A program made the translations under genes and the position numbers. A stretch of 64,000 nucleotides of DNA from Dicyema japonicum (taxonomy: Eukaryota; Animalia; Dicyemida): contig RDEW01000005.1 in the NCBI GenBank assembly GCA_011109175.1, positions 124,001 to 188,000 of the forward strand, in the 5' to 3' direction. Shown piece after piece: positions 23,770 through 34,765 of this stretch. Every line of letters starts with the position of its first letter. Position 1 is the stretch's first letter. The notes beneath the pieces are model-generated. The model was given only the letters and a program-made list of their open reading frames with translations. It was not told the DNA's origin and did not search any database.

Positions 23770-26683
23770 ATTTTGCTTGTTTTTCTCGTCGGAGTCAACA
23801 CTGTGAATTTATTTTTATGCAAGTTACACATCAACAATAAAAGGACAAATTCATGTGAGACTAGTCCTTCTGCCAAATCGGATTCCAAGTTCTCCAAAGC
23901 AGTCACTGCAATTATCAACGGACTAAGAATCGACTCTATTTTGCCAAATAATGCGAAGGATTCGACTTATCTCAACCAATTTTCAAATTTATACAAATTA
24001 TATTCCGATGAACTCTGTCAAACAAGAGTTTATTCATTTACTGCCAAATTTCCAGCCATGACTATATATCGGTTGCAGTCGCTCTTTATTGGATCCTGGC
24101 ATGGATTGATGACTATAGCTCGGGGGAAGATAATATATTCAAGCAAATCAAATTAGCCAATAAAACGACTTCCTTTATCGGCGGAAAATTAATCTCTCAG
24201 CTTTTCCCAGATACTTTTTCGTTTGGATTAACGAATTACGACAACGACTTTGACGACATATTTACAAGCGATAATCTCATCAAAAATATTTTTGCACATT
24301 TTATGCAGGAGAATGAACCTGATGTTCTCGTTCTGTATTTTATTGGATTGGATCACCATTATCTTCTTGTTGGAATCAATCATCGGTCTATTAGAGATTC
24401 TCTTCAACTCTACAACAAAGTGATTGGCGAAATTGTGGATTTGATTGACAAAGAAAACATTTTGCCTGTTTTTGGAGACCATGGATCGACCTCAAATGGT
24501 TCTCATGGAGATAATGAAGAAGAGGAAAATACTGGTCTGTTTATTTACAGTAAAAAACCACTTTTTGATACTCCTTTCGCCGCAGTTTAAGTATTATCGT
24601 CAATTCTAGGAAAACATTCAAAAGGTTAATCAAGACAGCCTCACTCATACTACGTCGGCTCTGCTTGGAGTGTCAATTCCATTCCACAACCTCGGGACTA
24701 TGATAAAGGATATTTTCAGTGACAAGATAAAGGTAGTTGAACATCGATAATTTTAGAACATTGATTTGGTGAGAATAAATGCCCACCAGATTTTTAGATT
24801 TTATAATTCCTTAGTAAAAAATTCATCAATGTTACGGAGCAGTGAATTAGAAAAAGGTTTCGAAAATGCGGAAGATCTTTATAGTAAAGCCCTTGGTTAG
24901 AATAAATGCCCACCAGATTTTTAGATTTTATAATTCCTTAGTAAAAAATTCATCAATGTTACGGAGCAGTAAATTAGAAAAAGGTTTCGAAAATGCGGAA
25001 GATCTGTATAGTAAAAGCCGATTCTTATCTTCCTATGACCTGTGTTTCCATTTTATGAGAAAAACAAGAAAAATGAGTTACAAAAAGTAGAAGAGCTGTG
25101 ACAAAAATATTCTACTGTATTATATCGTATTCTCACTTTATGTCACTTTAAGAGTAATTTTTATTAACAAAAAAATCATTTTTGCGATGATACAATCCTC
25201 ATCCATCATTGTTATTTTGGTTGGTCAGTTTTTTCTTCCCCTAATTTTATTCTTGGTATCAGCAACCTCAACTTTTATGTTTTTTAGTATTTTGCTTTTA
25301 AAAAAATCCAAAATTACTAGTGGTCTGGTTACGTCCTTGTTATATGCGGTCTTCATGTATATTTTTCTATATCTGAATGAGATAAACAACTTTAGTTCAA
25401 TGTGTGTGACTTCGATCTCCCTTTTGTGGATTTTATGCATCAACGTGGGTCAGAAATGTTTAAATCAAATCATTAAAATGACGTTGTCCTCCTTGTTTAT
25501 ATTCACTCTACTCAAATCAGCAAGTTCTCTTCGGTTTTGCGATAAATGGCCGTGTTATGGTCTCCTCTACTCTTTGGAAATTTCGACGTTAACGAGAAAT
25601 CAAATTGCTTCGATTTATGTGACAGTTCTGGTTATTTTATTCTCAGGTTTGGTGTTTATAGTCAAATTTAAAATGTTCAATAATATAAAATATTTCATCG
25701 GCTGTGCTCTGGCAATGATCGTGCTATATGATCTCCACTACATTTACTATTTCAAAGACTACATGAACTTGGATTTTTTTAGACAACGCTTTTTTTCTTA
25801 TATATTCTATTTTTTCATTTTATTTTCCATAACAGCTTTCATTTACAACCTGAAAACGACAACCGCTCTGAAACTGAATAAAATTGTATACTACAACTCG
25901 TTTATTGTGATTTTGATACTTTTGTGCGTATTTGTTAACAACATTATTTACACTTACCACTTTCTGCTGTATTTTTTGCTGATTATCACATATTTCCGAG
26001 TTATTCGCCAAAACAAGGAAAATTCAAAAAATAAAGAATTCTTTAAATTCTCCAGCGATTTTTTTGACATGACATTTTGGTTCTTTCTGAATTTGACTTT
26101 TTTCTTTGCGAGTGGGAATGAACATTCGCTTTCTACGATTCATTAAATAAAGAATTCTTTAAATTCTCCAGCGATTTTTTTGACATGACATTTTGGTTCT
26201 TTCTGAATTTGACTTTTTTCTTTGCGAGTGGGAATGAACATTCGCTTTCTACGATTCATTGGAGTGCCTCTGCCTTCCTCCTCCACGGAGGTTACTTTAC
26301 CATTTCGAGTATTAACTGTAACTCACTTTAGTTATCTTGAACGTTATTGGAATTCTTTCATTCTGTATTTTTAACTGTATTTTGTTACCATACCACGTGA
26401 ATACTAACAACTCCGATCAAAAAATACAGAGTAAATTGTTCAAGTTAGTTTCCTCACAAGCAATCGTTGCGAATATACTAGTTCCGTAGTTTTTTGAATT
26501 TAGATTGGAGTCTCAATTTTGATGTTGTTTAAGAAGGAATGTGATTCTGAGGAACATCAGCTAATGGTCCTGTCGTATTTTTTAGACGTCGTATATTACG
26601 GGATTGTCAATTTTATGTCTTTTATATTTGTGGGAGTTGTTAGTTTTATAAAATATAAACCAAAAATTTGTCTTCCACAATGA
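23770..26683 (+). pseudogene. PIGO: GPI ethanolamine phosphate transferase PIG-O-like, degenerate (pseudogene or pseudoenzyme)
   Basis: FSKAV..IINGLRID, FPAMTIYRLQSL..GS, EDNIFKQ, LYFIGLDH, VFGDHGS..GSHG, IPFHNLG, RINAHQI, multi-TM region, FFASGNEHSLSTIHW; 1-nt frameshift at ~24096; no clean start. Confidence 0.75.
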
Positions 26684-29084
26684 TCAATTACGTTTTTATT
26701 TATATGTTTTCTATTTGTAATTTATTTATTTGACTGGACTTTGTGGTTGGGGTACCTTAGTGGTTAAGGTCTGTTACATTTCACTAGAATGTCATGNTAC
26801 AGAGTAAATTGTTCAAGTTAGTTTCCTCACAAGCAATCGTTGCGAATATACTAGTTCCGTAGTTTTTTGAATTTAGATTGGAGTCTCAATTTTGATGTTG
26901 TTTAAGAAGGAATGTAATTCTGAGGAACATCAGCTAATGGTCCTGTCGTATTTTTTAGACGTCGTATATTACGGGATTGTCAATTTTATGTCTTTTATAT
27001 TTGTGGGAGTTGTTAGTTTTATAAAATATAAACCAAAAATTTGTCTTCCAGAATGATCAATTACGTTTTTATTTATATGTTTTCTATTTGTAATTTATTT
27101 ATTTGACTGGACTTTGTGGTTGGGGTACCTTAGTGGTTAAGGTCTGTTACATTTCACTAGAATGTCATGTGGTCGCCGACGACGTGGTGGGATTTGAATG
27201 AAAATAGCTGTAATAAGATGAACCAAAAAGGAAGACCTATGCCGATGTGGAGATGTCGAGCCAAACTCAGGATCAGCCAGGATAGTTCCACTTCAAGAAT
27301 CTAAACTTTCCACCAGCAATGTAACAACAAGGTTCCCAGATTCACAGTCATTCTTCTCTATAGAGGTCTTCTTACTGCCATTCGTAGTGGAATTTCATGC
27401 GAGGTTCCTGTGGAAATGTTGAACTTAGCAATGTAACAACAAGGTTCCCAGATTCACAGTCATTCTTCTCTATAGAGGTCTTCTTACTGCCATTCATAGT
27501 GGAATTTCATGTGAGGTTCCTGTGGAAATCTTGAACTTATGGCAACCAAAATCCGACTTCTCAGACATTCTTAAAATTAATCAACGGAGATCGAAGACTT
27601 CCACAGTCTCTGCTTATTCAACGAACTGTGTTTCCATACAAGAACACCAACTAGAAGAAATGATAAATACATCTCATTGTCATCTCCACCCCTAGCCACT
27701 CATATTGACTGTTCTGTCAAATACGACACTATGAGGGACCACAATCCGATCTTTTCGGAGATCAAAATAAGATCACGGATGAGAAAGCAGCTTCCGGCTA
27801 CTGTAAAACTCCCCATAACAGCCAATTTTGGGAATTCGAAAAATACTGGCGGTTAGAAGGAGTAACAAAGAAATATTTATTTTTTAATTATCAAGTGTGT
27901 TGTTAACCCCATTTCCTTTCTTCAGCGCTTTTGAAATTTGATTTGACCCCTCCATTCCAATTAAATCAGACAAATTAGGCAGTTTACACTAATTTTTCAA
28001 TACTTGTAGAGTTGAGTAGAATTCTTAGTCACTTTTACCACATTGATATTGTCTGTCTCTTCAACCTCGCCTGCAAGATTTAAAGTATTTTCAAATATTT
28101 CAGGGGCATGTTAAATTTATTGCCTTTATTTGTCAATTCACCCGTCTCTATTTCACTTTTTCCTAAAAGAATGTCTTCTTCCCCAAATTCGATGTTCAAA
28201 AAATCCTCTCCTTCTATGGAATCTAATTAATTGGACCTTAAAACAAAATCATTATAATTTCAGTATTTTTCATTATTACTGGGTTCATTTCTTTATTGCA
28301 CCATTCGATGTTCAAAAAATCCTCTCCTTCTATGGAATCTAATTAATTGGACCTTAAAACAAAATCATTATAATTTCAGTATTGTTCATTATTACTGGGT
28401 TCATTTCTTTATTGCACCATTTGACATGATTAAGACATTTGTAAATTGTGCCGGAAATGTAATTTCGGTTGTGCTTTTCCGACCCCATACATAGAATCAC
28501 TAACAACATTCCAATCCTTTCGTTGTTCGGAACATTCGAAATTCCATAATTTGCGATAATCTCCGTGTTGTACATGTTTAGAATCAGGAATTGTACAGCG
28601 GGTTTTCAATTCCTTAAAATACTTGTTGATTTCTCGTTTGAAATAATTCTTGCGATCCTTAATAGTATAAGGAACGATTCTTTCGTGTATAATTTCAGAG
28701 GTTAAACGAAAAATTATTTTATTCTTTAAAAAAGGCTCCAAATTTAATAATTTTATCTAAACCTAAGCAGTAATATGAATACCATTAAGAATTCAAAAAA
28801 TAAAATTTTAATTTTAAAATAAATATTAATTTTAACGATAAAAAATATTATAAATATATCTCACTAAACGGCATAGTACTGTTTAGATAAAATTATTAAA
28901 TTCGGCTTGCATTTTTTTTGTATGTCTTCGATTTCTGCGTCATATCTTATATTAGCGTGCACCTTGTGGGTCACCTCGTATGATTTGCCACACAGAAAAA
29001 AGAACAACTCTTTAACCTTATCAATCTGAGAGAGTTTCCTTATCGACGGCACCCTTCTCAGATCTATTATCTAGACTTGGAAAA

Positions 29085-29700
29085 TTGTCTTGTGATCCTC
29101 GTCGGGGACGTCGAAAAAAATCTCGGTCACATAAAGGACTATATTTCAAGCAATTGAACATCAACGATGTAAAAGAAAAGTTAATTAAACACAAAATTGA
29201 CGTTTGTCTTCTACAAGAAATAAAACTTACGCATTCTTCATCATCTCCTTGCTTTCTTGGCTATGACGTCACCAAAGGATATCTTCCGTCTGGTAGCGGA
29301 GGAAAACTCATCATTTTCGTCAAGAAGGGTATCTCTTACAATGTATTCAACACATTATACAAAAAATGCTCACGAGATTCCAAAACCAGATCAGGGAGAT
29401 AAAACCTAAGCAGATGGGTAGAAGAAAATCTCATGCTCGTAAAAATATTGGAAGTCACTTTCGACTCTTTAATGACTTTCGAGACACGTGTAGACGGCAT
29501 GCTATCCTCCTACCAAAGAATCAAATGTATGGGAGTGCTTCTTGGGTATTACAAGAACTTTTTCATTTTGACTTTAGGACACCTATCAGGTCAACTGACA
29601 GCTACGGATGGAGAACTAATTCAGAGAAGACGTATCTAAAGAAGTTCAAGGACTTTTAGTCCTTAGCTTTTATGACTCAAAAAAGTTTTTGTCTCAGTGA
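29085..29700 (+). mobile_element. Internally deleted Ingi-like LINE with degenerate 2A motif
   Basis: LVILVGDVEKNLGH (29089-29130), then QLNIN..KHKIDVCLLQEIKL (APE) fused to KILEVTFDSLMTF (post-RT). Confidence 0.75.
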
Positions 29701-29817
29701 AAGACCCTACCCCCTTTGAGACTCTTGTCTGGGACCAACGTGTTTATTTGTAAAACAATTAAAATCCTTTAACTAAGAGGCCAGGATTATCGGCCTATTA
29801 ACCTGATAAACTCAGAA

Positions 29818-30795
29818 CAGTGATTCTCAAAATTTAAAAAAAAACGTCGCGGTCCTCTTTTATTTTTTTAATTGCTTGCGGTCCTTCATTAAATTAGTGA
29901 ATTAACATTTTAACAAAAATTAGTGCAAATTTAAAGATTGATAATTAATGAGATGGATGCACTTATTTGGCCATCACCAGTTTTTCTAGTTGAGGTATAC
30001 CATCCAGGCATAAGGAGTCTGGATGGGGAGGAGCAAATGGTTCTTTATCCATCATTAAACAAATCGATAAATTGTTCCTGAATTATATGGTTTTCAGAAG
30101 GGAGATACTTAACTGAAATTGCAAACGGGTTGCTGAGAAAACGATAGTACTTATCAAATTCAGATATATCAGGAAAATATCTAAAAATTTATAAATATCG
30201 AAAAAATACCTATAAATTTCTCTACTAATAAATAATATATGTTGTTTCATCACATCAATGCTGTAGTTATGAAAAGTTCATTTTCATCAATAAATATATT
30301 TAAATGTGGAATGGCGCAAAGTTGTAACTATTTTATTACGAATTCCACAGTTCTAGTTTCATTTTGAAACCAGTCATTTTTTCATGCCAATGGAGGACTG
30401 TGGTAACAAAATTCACAGATTTAAATAAATCCACCAAAAATGCCAATAAAGTCAAAAAACGAGTATCAGAAAATTTTTTCATGCAGTTTTGGTTTGAGGT
30501 CTTTAAGAAATTCATGTATTTTTTTTCGTATTATAAATGCTCTCTTCAATACTTTTCCTTTTGAAAGCCATCTCACATTGATCGAATCTGGAATTGATCA
30601 ATCTTTGGGCTTTGAATTTGAAGAAAGCAACATCCTTTTGTGTTGAACTAAAATGTTTGGATTCCATATGCCTCTTAACTTGCTCGGCTTAAGTGAAGCA
30701 GACGCCACAACCTCAGAACACATACAAGGATAAATTTGAGCACGTTTTTTTTAAATTTAATTCAAAATAATTTAAAAAAAATTGAGAAACATTTG
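29818..30795 (-). mobile_element. hAT (Buster/Charlie-type) transposon, internally deleted
   Basis: BED finger C.CSEVVASASLKPSKL.RHMESKH; GKVLKR..LAFLVDLF..FKMKLELW; NPF..QEQFIDL; C-terminus LEKLV..HPSH*; TIR cagtgattctcaa at 29818 and degenerate counterpart at 30782-30795. Confidence 0.75.
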
Positions 30796-30894
30796 AATCA
30801 AGTAAAATTAAAACAATCCCTATAATATTGCTTTTAAAATTTAATTTTTTTTTTTTTTTTATTAACAAAATTTTTTTTTATTAATTAAACAAAT

Positions 30895-32075
30895 GTCAGT
30901 TGAGGAAGCCTGCTGCGTGGATTGCGAACGAGTTCCCTCGGAGTATGGCTATTCCGATCTTTTGTCTTAGCCATAACCCTTCTCGTTGATCCCTTTTCTT
31001 TCTGGCAAGCAATCCTCCGAGTTCTTGCAAGAATTCAGCCGTCATTGGACCAACGGCTCCCGATGATTCGGTCGCAACAGGAGTAAATCGGTAGCGATCC
31101 CCGAGGCAAGAATATTTCTTGATTTTTAGGTTTCCGCGGTCGAAGCAGCTGCTCCAGGTGTCTGAACAGATTTAAAAATGTTCGTGCTTGAGAACGTGTC
31201 TATGCAAGTTGCGTCCCAAATTTTAATTAAAGAAAAAGGGAATATTTCATGGAAAAAACAAAATCATTCCGAAGAAGGCCTAGAACAACCATATGAGGAC
31301 CTAAAAGCCATAGGCAGGGAGTTGAAAACAATGGATGACCTCGATGAACTAAGAGATCTTGCGAAACGGAGAGGCCTTTGGATGCGATTCGTGCAAAGGG
31401 TGGCCGGCGCGGCACAAGGGAACCTTAATTGACTTTTGTTTTTTATGTTTTTTTATGTGTTCTCGGCAGTGCTGATAATAAAAATAATAAAGAAAAAGGG
31501 TGCAAACGTGTCGACGCAAGTGACGTCACAGACAAGCGGTTTCCCGCTTCAAAGGGGAAGATGGTCATCCTATCTGGCCGTTTCCCGTCACAGCATGGTT
31601 CGAGCATGGAAGTGTGTCAGGTGGCTTCCAAAGCTCGCTTAACGACTTCGTTCAGGGCCATATGTCTGGGAGATCTGCCGTGCACTTTTCCTGCAAGAGA
31701 GAAGGTGTAAGAAAAAACAGTCAATCAGATATTCGCATCGGTACGAATGCGACACACAAACTTTTAATTCGAGTCGTGGTGAGATCTCAAGAGGTACTAC
31801 GCCTGTTTTTCACCATCCAGAAAGGTACCTAAAACTCCATTAGGAATGGCTTTGAGCCAGGCACCGCTCTCGGAAGACGTATTGGGATCTCATTGCAACT
31901 GCCTTCCTGGATGATGATGAATGCGTTCGTATTGGGATTTCATTGCGACTGGCATTAAAAATCTGTGTTCCACATCCGTACCGATGCGGAGACCAGATCG
32001 ATTGTTTGACCTACACCCTCTCTCATGCAGGATGAGTGCAGGCAGATTTCCCAGACACATGGCTTTGAACTAAGT
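30895..32075. mobile_element. Patchwork of CRE-like 3' fragments (both strands) and an RTE 3' end (31220-31432, +)
   Basis: KYSCLGDRYRFTPVATESSG..IGIAILRGNS (-); LSC..GRSPRH.ALN, RPDR.TIFP..GKPLVCDVT (-); EDLKAIG.ELKT.DDL.ELRDLA (+). Confidence 0.7.
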
Positions 32076-32123
32076 CGAAATTTAAAACATAATATTGCAA
32101 TAAAACATAAAAAAGTTTGGAGC

Positions 32124-32196
32124 AGCCCGGTACGGGGTTCGAACCCGTGACCCTGGGATTAAGAGTCCCATGCTCTACCGACTGAGCTAACAGGGC
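32124..32196 (-). tRNA. trnK-CTT: tRNA-Lys(CTT)
   Basis: GCCCTGT TA GCTC AGTCGGTA GAGC A TGGGA CT-CTT-AA TCCCA GGGTC ACGGG TTCGAAC CCCGT ACCGGGC T; cloverleaf, A and B boxes, T6 terminator ~10 nt downstream; one acceptor-stem mismatch. Confidence 0.9.
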
Positions 32197-32301
32197 TGTA
32201 TATTTTATAACATCCTTATCATAAATTAGTGAATTAGCTGTAAGAAAAGCTAGTAATGGGTAAATAAGATAATCTATCGCTAATTTTTTATATTATTATT
32301 A

Positions 32302-32655
32302 TTATAAAGCACAACGTCTTGCCATTGGAAATGACAAAACCAGTGCAGTACCAAACATTAATCTTTTAGTTAATTTTCTCCACTTTCCACGATCCTGAGC
32401 CAAATCCCTCAAGTAGTCCAGGTCATCTCCCGTAGTTAGAGATAATCCTATTCTCTTCAGGTCTTCATTCAGTGTTGTGGCCAGTGATGCTCTCGGACGT
32501 CCTCGGAACTTCACCTCCTCGGTTTGAAAGTATTCCTCCATGGCAACATTAGCTGGAGTTTCGATATCTGTTCTCCTCCCCACCTTGGCGTTCATATCAC
32601 CAGCTATAAATAAAAGTGCGGAGTCGGGAGTCGGGAAGTTGCTTGAAGGAGGAAC
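32302..32655 (-). mobile_element. RTE-clade LINE, internally deleted
   Basis: APE motif FIAGDMNAKVG fused directly to C-terminal PANVAMEEYF..FRGRPRASLATTLNEDL. Confidence 0.7.
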
Positions 32656-32659
32656 CCGA

Positions 32660-34337
32660 TCCGCATTGAATGCCCTCTCATTCTCAGGCGGACCACGATT
32701 CTATTGGAGAAGCATCCACCCTCTCCGAATGACTTACGCCACTGTTCATCCCCATCAAAAGTGACCCCTTTGTCCACGTCGCCTGAGGATGTCATCACGT
32801 CGTTATGGAACTTTGTACCAAGCAGCAGTGGAGGTCTCGATGGCTTAAGGCCCGGCCATCTTAAAGACTTTATTTCACCAACTATTGGAGACCAAACATG
32901 TCGTCTCTCCTTCTCACTCAATTCTCTCATGAACAGGATATTATCTGTACATTTGCCTGATTTGATACGACACATCTTGTTTTCGGCTAGTCTGATTGCG
33001 GTCGACAAGAAGGGAAGTAGTATCCGTTTGATCGCGGTCGGATTCACCTTCAGGAGACTAGCAGCCAAGATTGCTTCGAGATTTTCTACGTCAATTTTGT
33101 CAAAATCCTTACTTCCCAGTCAAGTCGGAGTTCGTCTTGGATGTGAGGCAGCCGTTCACTCCGTCAGAACATTCAAGAACCGCAGCATTCAAGACTTTAA
33201 AAGGCACATTATGGTAAAGCTGGACATCAAGAACGCTTTTAACAGATTAAGAAGAGACTGCATTCTGGAGGCCTACAAAGAAACTCAGGACAGTCCTATT
33301 CCCAATTAGAGCAGCTTGAGCACTTTGATTTGTCTTTCCTCAGCTTGACGGAGCAAATATTTAATGTCAAATTCGACGATGCTACATGGAAGCAAGCTAC
33401 ACTCATAGTTAGATTTGGGGGTCTTGGAATCCGTCGTACTTTGGACGTCTCACTTCCTGCACATCTGTCTTTACTCACGGCCTACGAATTTTTGGTCAGG
33501 AGGATTCTACACTCCCTACCCGAATTCTCATTTGACCAAGACATAATCCACGCTCGAGAAGCCTGGAATGCCACCAACTTCCCCCTGCCTCCTTCACAAG
33601 ACTGTCAGCGAAACTTGGACAATTTATTGTGCTGGAAATCATTTGGACTCCTACTGGAATCGGCCAATCAGCACCGACGCGCTTGTTTGCTTTCGGGCGC
33701 TTCCCTTGAGAGCGGAGCTTGGCTAAACGCCATCCCAAATGGAGCTCTTGGAACTTTTCTGGATAATGAATGCGTTAGAAGTGGTATCTCTCTGCGGCTG
33801 GGATTGAAAGTATGTGTATCTCACCCGTGCCGATGTGGTGTCCTGATAGACTGCTATGGCCTGCACCCTCTCGCAGATCTCGAAGGCACAAAGCTCTGAA
33901 TGAAATTGTCAAGCATCTATGGATGCTGCTGGATACTCGGCCATTCTTGAACCGGTTGGGTTATGCGGAAGTGACGGGAAACGACCGGACGGGATGACCA
34001 TATTTCCCTTTGAGGCCGGGAAACCACTTGTTTGGGACGTGACATGTACAGATACAATCTACACGAGTGCGTTTCAAGAGTCTGCTCTGCAGCCGTAAAG
34101 GCGGAGAAGGCCAAACTCGAAAAATACGGCGACCTTCCCGATAATGTCCATTTTGTTCCCCTTGCTATGGAGACTTCCGGATCCAACTCCCCCTCTACAC
34201 TAGAGTTTTTCGGACGTCTTGGAAACCGGATCACCTCATGCACTAAAGATCTCCGCGATCGCCGCTGGTTGTTTGAACGAATTTCGCTCGCAATTCTGAG
34301 AGGGAACAGCCACGCAGTGAGGGCAGCAGCTAACTAA
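32660..34337 (+). mobile_element. CRE-like (RLE) non-LTR retrotransposon, RT core deleted
   Basis: GGLDGLRPGHLKD, RLIAVGFTFRRLAAK, GCEAAVH, KLDIKNAFN, FGGLGIR, SGAWLNAIP, CRCG..D..GLH, RH..LN, RPDG, KYGDL..FVPLAMETSG, RISLAILRGN. Confidence 0.85.
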
Positions 34338-34444
34338 TGTTTTGTCCTTATAATTTTATTAATAAAAAAAATGTGTTAATAAAAAATTTTTTTTAATTAT
34401 TATTTTTTGAATTAGTCTATATTAAAAATATAAGTATTAAATAT

Positions 34445-34765
34445 GCGGAGACCTGTGGCATAGTGGTTAGGTGTCGAGCTAAAGTGACTTAGGTTACGGG
34501 TTCGAATCTCGCTGCTGTTCACCTGGTGGAAGGTTCCACGCATCTACGATGCTAAAAAGGCTTGACGAGTGACGCCGTCATCAGTGGATACTCACTGTGG
34601 AACTGGATTGTCTAGAAAGGACCCACACACAAGACAAGAAAATAGAAGTGAAGATCATTCCTTGGTTCTACGATTAGTTAAAATTAACTGTTCTTTACAA
34701 ATAAAGTGTGTGTCCTGCCTCTGAGGAGCTAATACCACGGCTCCGTGAAAAAGGCTGTTATTATG
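34445..34765 (+). mobile_element. tRNA-headed SINE (family B), near full length
   Basis: A-box tggcatagtgg, B-box ggttcgaatct, no intact cloverleaf; ttgacgagtgacgccgtcat shared with ~22836-22855; tail shared with 12860-12910. Confidence 0.65.

Noticed and set aside
10421-27170. 200-490 nt direct repeats flanking single Ns (10672, 14320, 15072, 17138, 21990, 26797), mimicking duplicated or alternative exons
   Set aside because: Each repeat pivots exactly on an N and the copies differ by SNPs/indels, the signature of overlapping haplotype contig ends joined by a scaffolder
27950-29052. Minus-strand ORFs 28430-28741 and 28864-29052
   Set aside because: No recognisable domain or splice structure; possibly a decayed RLE retroposon
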